Assembly (NCBI GenBank): GCA_964514565.1
Contig: CAZERA010000002.1
Coordinates: 62,001-126,000, forward strand
DNA from: an uncultured Candidatus Peribacteria bacterium
GTDB lineage: Bacteria; Patescibacteriota; Gracilibacteria; RBG-16-42-10
Direction of reading: 5' to 3'
Length of the DNA: 64,000 bases
The translations under genes and the position numbers were made by a program. The notes under the pieces were generated by a model that saw only the letters and a program-made list of their open reading frames with translations, had not been told where the DNA came from and did no database searches. This document shows positions 50,734 through 60,627 of the stretch, piece by piece. Position 1 is the stretch's first letter; the number at the start of each line of letters is the position of its first letter.

Positions 50734-50816
50734 ACGAGGGGGTAAAAACAGCTGCATCATAGCTCATCCCATCCGAGCGAACAAATATGCTATTGTGCAC
50801 ATGTTTAACCTCCTCC

Positions 50817-51908
50817 ATGAAAAAGTATTCTTTCCTATTTATCGCACTCCTAAGCTTATTTATCCCACTCCAATCAGCTCATGCAGCTGAGATATATAGT
50901 GGGCAGACATACTTCCTCAATAAAGATACTATTACGCCAGACAACTTACTCATAGTGAGTGGTAGGGCTCAGGTAGCCGGATTAGTCAAAGGAGATCTGA
51001 TTATCTTGAGTGGAGACGTAACAATTAGCGGACAAGTCGATGGAGATGTAATCATGGGGGGAGGAACACTAGATATCCAAGATAAAGCCGTTGTTGGCAA
51101 GAACATCCGAGCAGCTAGTGGCGATGTCCATGTGGACGGCCAAGTAAAAGGATCAGTACAAGTCTTTACGGGCACATTCACCAGTAGTGGCAAAATCAGT
51201 GGCAATATCTATGCTGATGTAGGCACCTTCTATTTGAATGGCGTAGTCAATGGATCTATCAAAGTAGATGCCAGAAATATTCATTTAGACGAGAAAGCTA
51301 TTATCCAAGGCGACTTCAAATACACTAGCCTAGAAGCATTACGCCAAGAGCCAACCGCAAAAGTACAAGGACAGTTGATCAATTTGCCGAGCCAAACAGA
51401 AACTCCTTGGTATCAGAATGCTTATTTCTGGGGAGAACAGTTGGCTAATAGTATTTCATACTGGTTATTGGCACTATTACTGATTTGTTTTTTCCCTAAG
51501 CTGACAGCGCGATATGCCGACACTTTTGGCAAGAATATCCTTTTCAATTTCCTGATGGGTATAGTGAGCATCGGCAGTCTAGCGCTAGCATGTATAGTAT
51601 TGGCAGTTACTATTATTGGCATTCCTCTTTCACTTCTCACCCTCATCATCACTGGCATCAGCCTTTGGTTGGCACCGCTAGGACTAGTTCTATGGTTCAC
51701 CAAAAATATCGCAAAGCAAAATTGGTTAGAATCAAAAAGACCATGGCTCACAGCATTTGTACTATTGGCGAGTGTATTTGTCCTGATGGTGTTACAAGCA
51801 ATCCCATTACTCGGCTCTCTAGTCCATCTCCTCACTATTACCTGTGGATTAGGAGCACTAATGATCAGCAAATGGCAATTTTACAAGGAAAGCAAAACCA
51901 CTCTATAG
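50817..51908 (+). CDS. Bactofilin-like beta-helix repeat membrane protein
   Basis: Signal peptide, repeated G-x-V-x-G-D/N units, C-terminal TM bundle (TIIGIPL, IPLLG). Confidence 0.75.
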   Translation: MKKYSFLFIALLSLFIPLQSAHAAEIYSGQTYFLNKDTITPDNLLIVSGRAQVAGLVKGDLIILSGDVTISGQVDGDVIMGGGTLDIQDKAVVGKNIRAASGDVHVDGQVKGSVQVFTGTFTSSGKISGNIYADVGTFYLNGVVNGSIKVDARNIHLDEKAIIQGDFKYTSLEALRQEPTAKVQGQLINLPSQTETPWYQNAYFWGEQLANSISYWLLALLLICFFPKLTARYADTFGKNILFNFLMGIVSIGSLALACIVLAVTIIGIPLSLLTLIITGISLWLAPLGLVLWFTKNIAKQNWLESKRPWLTAFVLLASVFVLMVLQAIPLLGSLVHLLTITCGLGALMISKWQFYKESKTTL

Positions 51909-51928
51909 TAGCCCCTTGAAATATTCTT

Positions 51929-52531
51929 ATGGCAAAAATAAGTAATCTAGGTGTATTAGTAGCATCTCTAGCTTTGACGGCAGTAGGTGTAAATGGTTGG
52001 AAGCACGAAAGGCATGAAGCTGAAATACATGAACATCTGAGCTCAGAACAACACTGGCATCTTTACAATAGTGCACCAAGTCGACAAGCGCTTCGATCGC
52101 TTCTATCAAGAAGCCACAATAGTTCAGCCAAGGCTTACGAATTGCTTAGAATAAACCGAGCTATAAATATCTGTCACGAAAATTATCAAGCACATACAAG
52201 AACATTTATAACTATGTGTGTTCAAAATCCAACATGCAATCGGTCCCTGAGAGTGCACAATCCCAATGGCGCGGTTACTTTATCTGCTACTTACGGCTTA
52301 GATGGACTAGAAGCCAATAGCTTTATCTCAAACTATGCCACACTAAGAATACGAGATATCGTAGATAGTCGAGATGATAACGAACTAACAGAACAAAACA
52401 CTAGGAGTATAGGATATTTGGTAGACAGCCAATTAACCGCAAGTATCACTACCAGCAGAATGGCACTAGAGGCCTGTCAAAGTAAATTAGATTTAGTAGA
52501 CGCTTCAATTGCAACACAATCACACAGATAA
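51929..52531 (+). CDS. Hypothetical exported protein
   Basis: 200-aa ORF with an N-terminal hydrophobic segment and 4 Cys; no family recognised. Confidence 0.55.
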   Translation: MAKISNLGVLVASLALTAVGVNGWKHERHEAEIHEHLSSEQHWHLYNSAPSRQALRSLLSRSHNSSAKAYELLRINRAINICHENYQAHTRTFITMCVQNPTCNRSLRVHNPNGAVTLSATYGLDGLEANSFISNYATLRIRDIVDSRDDNELTEQNTRSIGYLVDSQLTASITTSRMALEACQSKLDLVDASIATQSHR

Positions 52532-52540
52532 CCACAAAAA

Positions 52541-52575
52541 CCCTCTGCCCTCTGCCCTCTTACCCCTGACCTACT
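52541..52575 (+). repeat. Solo pyrimidine heptamer arm (CCCTCTG)n
   Basis: CCCTCTG CCCTCTG CCCTCTT ACCCCTG ACCTACT. Confidence 0.6.
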
Positions 52576-52584
52576 TTTCTCGTC

Positions 52585-52613
52585 TTTACATTTCTCATCT
52601 CTCATTGTAGATT
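52585..52613 (+). promoter_or_regulatory. Sigma70-type promoter for rpmG
   Basis: TTTACA-17 nt-TAGATT. Confidence 0.5.
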
Positions 52614-52637
52614 GTCGACGCTCTAAACAAGTAATTT

Positions 52638-52829
52638 ATGGCGAAGAAAACGAATCGCGTTTGGGTGACTATGGAATACAAATTCGAAAGACCAGATGGT
52701 ACACGTGGTAGCGAATGTATTTATGTGACAAGCAAAAACAAGAAAACTACTACTGACAAATTGGAACTCAAAAAGTTCTCAAAGGTCATGCACAAACATG
52801 TTAAATTCGTTGAGAAAAAGGGTAAGTAA
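52638..52829 (+). CDS. rpmG: 50S ribosomal protein L33 (no Zn-binding CxxC pairs)
   Basis: YVTSKNKKTTTDKLELKKFSKVMHKHVKFVEKK. Confidence 0.92.
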   Translation: MAKKTNRVWVTMEYKFERPDGTRGSECIYVTSKNKKTTTDKLELKKFSKVMHKHVKFVEKKGK

Positions 52830-52855
52830 TCAGACGTTGAGATCAGAAAGAAATT

Positions 52856-52883
52856 AAAAAGGAGCGAAATCGCTCCTTTTTTT
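52856..52883. terminator. Bidirectional intrinsic terminator
   Basis: AAAAAGGAGCGA-AA-TCGCTCCTTTTTTT. Confidence 0.9.
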
Positions 52884-52897
52884 GTACCCACAAGTTA

Positions 52898-53932
52898 TTA
52901 ATTGGAATTCGAACGCTTGATTGGTAGTGATTGTCTAATGATTTGATCTAGCTGCTCAAGTGTAACTTCACTGAGTTTATTCCACTCTGCTTCAATCTTG
53001 GCCTTGGCATCATAATAAGCTTGTCTACTTTCAGCTTTCATATGTGGAAGCAAGCGCATCGCCTTTGCCCAATGCACATGGAACAAACCAATATCAAAGT
53101 GCCCGTCTTTAACTAAATTTTTCTTTAAAAATTCTTTGGGTGGCACCATGAGATTGGCGGCCAATTTAAACCAGCTCATAATCTTGAGCACATAGAAACT
53201 AGCATCAATTTCCCACCAGAAAAAACCCTGCCTGCTACTAGCTGGATAATAGTGATGGTTGTTGTGCCATCCTTCACCACAAGTAATCAAAGCTAAAATA
53301 AATGAATTACGACTACTATCCCTAGTCACAAAACGACGACGACCAAACACATGAGCAAGCGAGTTGATCGTAAATGTACCATGATAAAGCAGTACAGTAG
53401 AGAGCAAAAATCCGCCAACCAACATACTCCAGCCACCAAAGGCTAAAGATATCAGTCCCAGTATTGCTGGGGGAATCAAGTAATAACGATCCAAGAAACG
53501 CAGCTCGGGGTATTGCGCAAAGTCCCGAATCAAATCAAGCCGAGGCTTAGCGTACTTCTGACAGACAATCCATCCCATATGACTCCACCAAAAACCACGA
53601 ATTGGTGAATGAATATCATCGATCTGATCAGAATGGTGGTGATGATGACGATGATAAGAAGCCCACCAAAGCGGTCCTTTTTGTGCAGCTGAAGCTCCAC
53701 CAAAAGCCATCACAAACTGCATCCATCGAGGCAGCTGATAACTTCTATGAGCAAAGTATCGATGATACCCAGCTGTAATAAAAAACATGCGAACGAAGTA
53801 CAAAGCCACACAGACAACAATATCAGCTAGGCTCACACCAGTTATCAATAAAAGTAATGGTGTCAGATGCATCAACCAAAACAAAGCAGAGCGTTTCCAA
53901 TCAATCACCTCATCATTAGCATTCGTCCCCAT
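52898..53932 (-). CDS. Delta-9-type acyl-CoA/acyl-lipid desaturase
   Basis: Three His boxes GYHRYFAH, HRHHH...D..HSP, GEGWHNNHH; TINSLAH. Confidence 0.95.
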   Translation of the reverse strand: MGTNANDEVIDWKRSALFWLMHLTPLLLLITGVSLADIVVCVALYFVRMFFITAGYHRYFAHRSYQLPRWMQFVMAFGGASAAQKGPLWWASYHRHHHHHSDQIDDIHSPIRGFWWSHMGWIVCQKYAKPRLDLIRDFAQYPELRFLDRYYLIPPAILGLISLAFGGWSMLVGGFLLSTVLLYHGTFTINSLAHVFGRRRFVTRDSSRNSFILALITCGEGWHNNHHYYPASSRQGFFWWEIDASFYVLKIMSWFKLAANLMVPPKEFLKKNLVKDGHFDIGLFHVHWAKAMRLLPHMKAESRQAYYDAKAKIEAEWNKLSEVTLEQLDQIIRQSLPIKRSNSN

Positions 53933-53982
53933 AATCAAAAATTCAAAAGCAGATCGATCCTACAGCAACAATGATGAACAAA

Positions 53983-54903
53983 CTATTGACGAGATGTTTT
54001 TTGTTTTAGTGGTTCAGTCCAGGTTTGAAATAAAGTCCACATCAGATTATCAGCAATATGATGATGATCATCATCAAGTTTAGCAGGCACATCTGCACCA
54101 TTTTGAATACTCAATTGGTCGATTAAAAGCTTCTTGGCATGCGTTCGTGAAGTAGGAGTATGACGATTCTGAGTGGCAATCAGGTATACAACTCGCAAAA
54201 ATTGCTCCAAATTCACAACTTGAATCCGGCCAGTGTGCAGATCGCTCCACACGTCACTATTTAACCCAACCTTCCCCTTTCTACTATTTACTGGGACAGC
54301 ACTATTTAACTGAGAATAAAGATGGAAACAAACTTCCAATAACACAGCTACTTGATCACAAATTATTTTCAACTCATCTAGTACTGCACAAAATTGCTTA
54401 TCACCCAAATTTTCTTTCAAAGTATTAATAGCCTCAACTTGTAAACGCGCTGGTTGACCGAGAATATCTAGTGAACCTTTAATCGCAGCAAGTGATTGAG
54501 TTAGTTTCTCCAAATCAACGGCTACCACTTTACCTTTAGCTGTTGTCAGCTTGAAAAGACCAAACGAATAAGTTCCTGCAGCTAACTTTCGCGAGAGAAT
54601 AACTTTTTCGGCTTTTAACTTTTGTTGTTTTTCTACACACTCAGCAGATACCCTTTGGTGCTCTATAGTATATCTCTGCAACACCAAGAAAAATTGTTCA
54701 CAAATACTCGAGAGATTATCGATAGTCTCCCCCACACTGACACGCAACTTTGCTACAGCATCCAATCGTATGGCCGGAGGCTCTTCAGCTACCCCATTTG
54801 CACTATCTGCTTTCGCATATGTCCCACTATCTCGCTTTAGCGAATCCAAATCAACAGTCTTCACATCAGCACCACCTACACCACCATCTCTATCTAATCT
54901 CAC
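53983..54903 (-). CDS. Hypothetical helical protein
   Basis: 306-aa ORF; no family recognised. Confidence 0.55.
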   Translation of the reverse strand: MRLDRDGGVGGADVKTVDLDSLKRDSGTYAKADSANGVAEEPPAIRLDAVAKLRVSVGETIDNLSSICEQFFLVLQRYTIEHQRVSAECVEKQQKLKAEKVILSRKLAAGTYSFGLFKLTTAKGKVVAVDLEKLTQSLAAIKGSLDILGQPARLQVEAINTLKENLGDKQFCAVLDELKIICDQVAVLLEVCFHLYSQLNSAVPVNSRKGKVGLNSDVWSDLHTGRIQVVNLEQFLRVVYLIATQNRHTPTSRTHAKKLLIDQLSIQNGADVPAKLDDDHHHIADNLMWTLFQTWTEPLKQKTSRQ

Positions 54904-55105
54904 AAAGAAAAATCAAAAATAAAAAAACTGTCCAAAAACCAACCAGGAAACTAAGACAGTAAGTCAGATTATGGGGCAGATAAGCAAAATTGTCAATAAT
55001 ACAGCATCAAAGCGCTCATCATAAACCTATTTCTCCAATATCAGTAAAATAGACAAAATTAAAAAATTTCCCAAGCTTAGTTGAGCGAGGAGAATGAAAA
55101 TGAGA

Positions 55106-55121
55106 TCCCGCATATGCGGGA
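55106..55121. repeat. REP-like palindrome 3 nt beyond the tRNA-Trp 3' end
   Basis: TCCCGC ATAT GCGGGA. Confidence 0.7.
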
Positions 55122-55124
55122 GGA

Positions 55125-55198
55125 TGGCAGGCCCGGAAGGAATCGAACCTTCATTGGCGGTTTTGGAGACCGCAGTCCTACCATTAAACGACAGGCCT
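55125..55198 (-). tRNA. tRNA-Trp(CCA)
   Basis: Reverse complement AGGCCTGTCGTTTAATGGTAGGACT-GCGGTCT-CCA-AAACCGC...GGTTCGATTCC...GGGCCTGCCA. Confidence 0.96.
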
Positions 55199-55255
55199 AT
55201 ATGCATCTCTTGATGCGGCCGGATCTTACTTTACCTATGTCTTGGTCGTCAATGA

Positions 55256-55552
55256 CTACTTGGAGTCAGTCTTGGCAGAGCGAGCTAGGAGCTCTTTGAT
55301 CAAAGGTAATTCATAACGATGTCCCAATGCTGCGTAGTAAAATCCCATTACTAGTAAAGCAAAAGAACCGAGCTCTAAAATAATGGTGAGCCACCACCAG
55401 GGTAAAAATAACCAAATCAAAAGAATGACATGAATCACCAGGGCCTGTCTGGCGTGAAAACGCACAAAAGGCTCATTGCGACCGAGCAAACAAACGATAC
55501 TTAGCAACGGCACATAACTCAACGCTGCGATTTTTTTATCTTGCTCAATCAT
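55256..55552 (-). CDS. DUF4870-like small membrane protein
   Basis: AALSY...FVRFHARQAL...G..YELPLI motif. Confidence 0.85.
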   Translation of the reverse strand: MIEQDKKIAALSYVPLLSIVCLLGRNEPFVRFHARQALVIHVILLIWLFLPWWWLTIILELGSFALLVMGFYYAALGHRYELPLIKELLARSAKTDSK

Positions 55553-55619
55553 AGGTAGAAATAGTCCTTCTTTAGTATATCACAATCTGGTATGATGCCG
55601 AGGAATCACGCTACTTTTT

Positions 55620-56181
55620 ATGTCTGATCAAATCACTCCAAACACCGAAACTGCTACTCCACCCGAACAAACAACACCTTCTACAAAGAATGGCCCAAAT
55701 CTCAATGATCTCAAAAACTCAGGTCAAAAGATTCTAAGCCAACTAATGCAATTAGGAATGAATACCAAGCTGCTCTTAGGTGGAGCCTTGTTGACCTTTA
55801 TTGCTACTTTCCTTCCTGCATATGGCTTTTCTGCTCCTTACTACACCACTTCTTTTACCAATTTTTCTAACTTAGGTTGGTTGAGCTGGTTAGCATCATT
55901 GGTAGTAATAGTACTAATCATATTGCCACTTTTCAAAATCACTATTCCAATGCCATGGCCTACTAGCCTGATGCACTTGATAGTAAGTATTATTGGTGTA
56001 GTAGCTGCCGTAATTCAACTACTCACCTACCAATTTGAGGACCACCCAATGGGGTGGTCCTCAAATTGGTATTTTCTTGGTTTTACTGGGCACCTCTCTT
56101 ATGACTTATAGCGCTTACAATGAGCAAAAAATCATCCCCCAACCAACGCAAGAACAAAACAACAACACCACTCAACAATAA
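55620..56181 (+). pseudogene. Membrane protein, apparently frameshifted near 56030
   Basis: Frame 0 gives three TM helices then a polar tail stopping at 56111; the +1 frame continues as GGPQIGIFLVLLGTSLMTYSAY...TTQQ* (stop 56181), a plausible fourth TM helix. Confidence 0.5.
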
Positions 56182-59100
56182 AAGACCACTCACGCCCAAT
56201 CTCAAAAAGATTCCTGCAGAAGTGATAGACAGCAATGACGACATGCTCATTGCCAGTAGGCCGATTGCGCGAGAGCGTGCTAGTTTTAGACCAATTGAAA
56301 ACCAGAAAACTATGCCGCCAGTAAAAAGGTGGAAGCTATGGTCTTGGTATGCTCTAGTCTTCTTCTTGGGCTCTACTCTGGTTACCTCAATTTTTGGCTT
56401 TGTTTATATCTTGCTGATCCTCAAAGATCTGCCTAGTCCTGAGGCATTGACCAATATTACTATTGTATCTACCACCAAAATATTAGCTCGTGATGGCACT
56501 TTACTTTATGAAGCTGGTGATGATGGTGCACGCAGGACCGTAGTTGGCTTGGATCAAATCAATCAACACATGATCGATGCAACCCTCGCCGCCGAAGATG
56601 ACAAATTCTTTTCTCACCCAGGTTTTGATTGGCAAGGTATTGCACGAGCCCTGTATCAAGACAGTATAAACTTCCTCACTGGCAATAGCGCTCGACAAGG
56701 TGGCTCAACTATCACTCAACAGTTAGTAAAGCTATCATTTCTCACACCAGAAAGGACGCTCAAAAGAAAAGTGAGCGAACTTATTTTGTCTCTAGAACTA
56801 GAGCAACAATATAGCAAACAGCAAATCTTGGAAATGTACCTCAACAAAATATTCTATGGCTATCAATCTTATGGTATTGAAGCTGCCGCGCGCACTTATT
56901 TCAATAAAGATGCCAAGAGCCTAACTATTGCTGAAAGCGCTACATTAGCCGGTATCCCTCAGTCCCCTACCCGATACTCTCCGTACAACAACAAAGATGC
57001 CCTCATGTCCCGTAAAAAATACATACTAGGTAGAATGCATACATTGGGACTACTCAATGATGCAGAGTTCAATAAAGCCTCCAATGATGAAATAGTGTTC
57101 CAACCAGTAAGAGCCAGCATCCGAGCTCCTCACTTTGTTTTTTATATTTTACAAGAACTCGAAAAAACATATGGTGAACAAATCCGAGGTCTCAATGTCT
57201 ATACAAGTTTAGACATCAACCTCCAAGATCAAGCTGAAAAAGCAGTCAAAGAGGGGGCACTCAAAAACGAAAAAGCACATGGAGCTAAAAATGCAGGACT
57301 GATTAGTATAGATCCCAAAACTGGTGAGATTTTAGCCATGGTCGGTTCAAGAGATTATTTTGATGACTCAGTGGATGGTCAGGTAAATGTGATCACATCA
57401 AAGAGACAACCTGGCTCCACGTTCAAGCCATTCACCTACGCTACCCTTTTCACCAAAGGATACGGCACTGGTACGGTTTTCTTCGATGTGAAAACAGATT
57501 TTGGCAACAAATACATGCCAGTCGATTACGATGGTAAATTCCGAGGCCCAGTAACAGTACGTACAGCCCTTTCAAACTCTCTCAACATCCCAGCAGTAGC
57601 AGCACAGTATCTTGCTAATCCAGAAGATACGCTGACATTACTCAACAAAATGGGTATTGATTATTTGGACAAAAGCATGGCTGCCAATACCGGTCTAGCT
57701 TTGGCTTTGGGTGTAGAAGAAATCACACCACTGGACATGGTGCGTGCTTATAGTGTCTTTGCCAACAATGGTATCAAACGGGATATTGGTGGCATTATGC
57801 GCATCACCAGTGACCGTGGCAATGAGATCTGGAAACGTACTGTCGATCCAGGCCAAGAAGTATTGGATCCACAAGCGGCCTATCTCATCAGCAATATTTT
57901 ATCAGACAATAACGCTCGCCCAGCTGGTTGGACCAATTTAGTGATTCCGAATCAAACAGTGGCTGTAAAAACAGGAACCTCTATCAATATTGTGAATAAT
58001 GTAAAAAAACCAAAAGACCTTTGGACTATTGGTTATACCCCAAGCATCGTAACCGGCGTATGGGTAGGAAATAATCAAGGTGACATTCCTGTGCTCACAG
58101 CGGATGGTATTACTGATGCTGCTAGTATTTGGAAAGCCTATATGGTCAAAGCGCTAGACAAGAAACCTAGAGAAGAATTTGCTCGACCTGAACAGATCAA
58201 AGAAATAAGCATTAGCACCCTTTCTGGATTACTACCAAGCAGCACAACACCAAGCGATAAAATACGTACTGAGCTGTATCCAGATTATGGCGTACCTCAG
58301 CTAGTAGAACAAGGATTCCAATCAGCAAAAGTGGATCAGATCTCAGGAAAATTGGCTACTGAATCGTGTCCTACCAATACCTCGCTCTATGTTTACCAAA
58401 ACTACCATAGTATTTTGTACTATCTGCGTCCGGATGATCCAGCCCTGAAACGTTGGGAAGATGGCGTACAAGGATGGGCACAAAACAATAAAGGAACACC
58501 AACTTCTAACGATCCCAATGCGCCAGGCGTTAATAGTACTACTGCCGATGGTATTCCAATTGTCTATGTAGATGACCCAAGCAAAATCCCTACTGAGACT
58601 TGTAACATCATCCCTCCAAGCGAAGTGGGAATCGAACTATTAAGTCCAGGTGAAGGTGACAAGATCGCCAATGGACCAAACCAGGCATTATTTTCTTATC
58701 ATGACCCAGCATCAATTAGCAAAGTAGGCGTATACTTCGATGACAAATTGGTTGGTAGTAATGACACAGGCCGCTTTGAGAGTATCAACTTCAATGTACC
58801 TATTAGTACACTCGGTTCGGTACACACCTTAAGGTTTGTCTTTACATTAGTGGATGGTCGTCAAAGCTTTATGCAGATTGGGGTAGTGGTATCAGACGAT
58901 ACCAGTGGCCCTGGTGTCACCCTCCAGTCTCCATTTGAACATCAAGTAGTGCATCCAGGTGAGACATTTCAAATCAGTGCTGCTGTCACTGACAATAAAA
59001 AGGTGACCAAGGTGGAATTCTTCTTTGATGGCACACCAATTATCACTCTCGAAAATAGCCCCTATATCACTTCATACTTCATTGCCAACGACACTGCCCA

Positions 59101-59290
59101 GGGCCAGCATGAGTTGCTGCTACGCGCATATGATGACAGTGGCAATGTCACCAGAGTAAAGAGAACTATTGATATCGTGCAAAATACGACAAATCAAAGA
59201 AGTGCTAGTAACAGTACCAGCACTTCTTCACCTACACCGCTATCTCTTCCTACCATACTACCCTCACCAACTAACGAGGTATTACTTTAA
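56120..59290 (+). CDS. Class A penicillin-binding protein (PBP1A family) with C-terminal Ig-like domains
   Basis: EDDKFFSH and GGSTITQQLVK (transglycosylase); STFK, SLN, KTGT (transpeptidase); VTKVEFFFDG...RAYDDSGN (Ig-like); exact start uncertain. Confidence 0.95.
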   Translation: MSKKSSPNQRKNKTTTPLNNKRPLTPNLKKIPAEVIDSNDDMLIASRPIARERASFRPIENQKTMPPVKRWKLWSWYALVFFLGSTLVTSIFGFVYILLILKDLPSPEALTNITIVSTTKILARDGTLLYEAGDDGARRTVVGLDQINQHMIDATLAAEDDKFFSHPGFDWQGIARALYQDSINFLTGNSARQGGSTITQQLVKLSFLTPERTLKRKVSELILSLELEQQYSKQQILEMYLNKIFYGYQSYGIEAAARTYFNKDAKSLTIAESATLAGIPQSPTRYSPYNNKDALMSRKKYILGRMHTLGLLNDAEFNKASNDEIVFQPVRASIRAPHFVFYILQELEKTYGEQIRGLNVYTSLDINLQDQAEKAVKEGALKNEKAHGAKNAGLISIDPKTGEILAMVGSRDYFDDSVDGQVNVITSKRQPGSTFKPFTYATLFTKGYGTGTVFFDVKTDFGNKYMPVDYDGKFRGPVTVRTALSNSLNIPAVAAQYLANPEDTLTLLNKMGIDYLDKSMAANTGLALALGVEEITPLDMVRAYSVFANNGIKRDIGGIMRITSDRGNEIWKRTVDPGQEVLDPQAAYLISNILSDNNARPAGWTNLVIPNQTVAVKTGTSINIVNNVKKPKDLWTIGYTPSIVTGVWVGNNQGDIPVLTADGITDAASIWKAYMVKALDKKPREEFARPEQIKEISISTLSGLLPSSTTPSDKIRTELYPDYGVPQLVEQGFQSAKVDQISGKLATESCPTNTSLYVYQNYHSILYYLRPDDPALKRWEDGVQGWAQNNKGTPTSNDPNAPGVNSTTADGIPIVYVDDPSKIPTETCNIIPPSEVGIELLSPGEGDKIANGPNQALFSYHDPASISKVGVYFDDKLVGSNDTGRFESINFNVPISTLGSVHTLRFVFTLVDGRQSFMQIGVVVSDDTSGPGVTLQSPFEHQVVHPGETFQISAAVTDNKKVTKVEFFFDGTPIITLENSPYITSYFIANDTAQGQHELLLRAYDDSGNVTRVKRTIDIVQNTTNQRSASNSTSTSSPTPLSLPTILPSPTNEVLL

Positions 59291-60627
59291 GCTTTCGCTT
59301 TCTTCGCTTTAGCTTTTACAACAGTTTTTTTAGCCTTTACTGTAGCCTTGGGAGCTTTAGCTTCCTTTACTGCCTTAGCTACGACAGCCTTCTTTTTAGC
59401 CACAGGTTTCTTAGCCTTTTTTTCTGGCGCTGCCACTGCAGGAGTCTCAGAAGTACTGCTTACTACGGTAGTGATATCAGCTTGTGCTTGTTCTACAGGT
59501 AAAACACGGTCACGACTAGACATCATAGCCATCTCTTCTACTTTGACTGGAGCAGCTTCCTTTGGTGCTACAGGTTGACCTACAGGCTCATTACCAGCTA
59601 CAAAATCTTCAATATCAATCTCCCAGCCAGTCAGCTGTGAAGCCAAACGGACATTTTGCCCCATCTTACCAATGGCCAAAGACCGTTGGTCCTCAGTCAC
59701 ATAGACCTTCGCTAACTTTTGATTCTTCAATAACTCAATACTAACAATCTTGGCTGGTGAAAGTGAATTGATTAAAAACTTAATAGGATCAGACGACCAT
59801 TCAATCACATCAATGCGTTCACGGCCCAATTCGTCAGTAACTGCTTGAATACGTACACCCTTTTGACCTACACAAGCACCTACAGGGTCGATACCTTCTT
59901 CTTTGGCAGCAACCGCCACCTTTGTACGCACACCAGCTTCACGAGCAATTACCTTGATCTCCACCAACCCTTCACTAACTTCAGGTACTTCCAAGTCTAG
60001 TAAAGCTTTGATCAAATCAGGATGCGAGCGTGAGATAATAATCTGAGGTCCTTTTTCATTACGAGCCACTTTCTCCAATAAAACCTTAATACGTTGACCA
60101 TTGAAGAGACGCTCACCAGGAATCTGATGTTGTCTTTCCAAAACTACAGTAGCCTTTTCTAGATCAATGAAAGCATCACCTTGACGTTCTACACGTTGAA
60201 TCTGAGCAGAAAGAAGCTCTCCTTCATGATCTTTGTAGAGATTATAAATCGCCTCACGCTCTGCTTCACGTACACGTTGGATGATGACCTGCTTAGCAGT
60301 CTGAGCTGCAATGCGACCGTATTCTTTTGGTGTGACCTCTACCTCAATAGTCGCCCCTACTTTTGCTGTCTTTCGCACTTTCTTTGCATCAGCAAGATCC
60401 TTTTCAAAGTCACGGTTGGCTACAGTAGCGACCACATCAAACTGTTGATACACATTTGTAAGTCCAGTCTGAGGATCAAATACCACACGTAATTTCTGTT
60501 CTTGTGATCCAAAATCTTTACGGTAAGCGGCACCCAAGGCTGCTTCAATCGCTTCGATTACTACTTTGGGATCAATATGTTTCTCATCACAGATCTGAGC
60601 TATCGCTGCTGCAAATTTTGATTGCAT
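59287..60627 (-). CDS. nusA: Transcription termination factor NusA with K/A-rich tail
   Basis: [47 protein letters not shown]. Confidence 0.99.
   Translation of the reverse strand: MQSKFAAAIAQICDEKHIDPKVVIEAIEAALGAAYRKDFGSQEQKLRVVFDPQTGLTNVYQQFDVVATVANRDFEKDLADAKKVRKTAKVGATIEVEVTPKEYGRIAAQTAKQVIIQRVREAEREAIYNLYKDHEGELLSAQIQRVERQGDAFIDLEKATVVLERQHQIPGERLFNGQRIKVLLEKVARNEKGPQIIISRSHPDLIKALLDLEVPEVSEGLVEIKVIAREAGVRTKVAVAAKEEGIDPVGACVGQKGVRIQAVTDELGRERIDVIEWSSDPIKFLINSLSPAKIVSIELLKNQKLAKVYVTEDQRSLAIGKMGQNVRLASQLTGWEIDIEDFVAGNEPVGQPVAPKEAAPVKVEEMAMMSSRDRVLPVEQAQADITTVVSSTSETPAVAAPEKKAKKPVAKKKAVVAKAVKEAKAPKATVKAKKTVVKAKAKKAKA

Noticed and set aside
55081..55299. 72-aa ORF
   Set aside because: It is antisense to tRNA-Trp and spans the palindrome; spurious.
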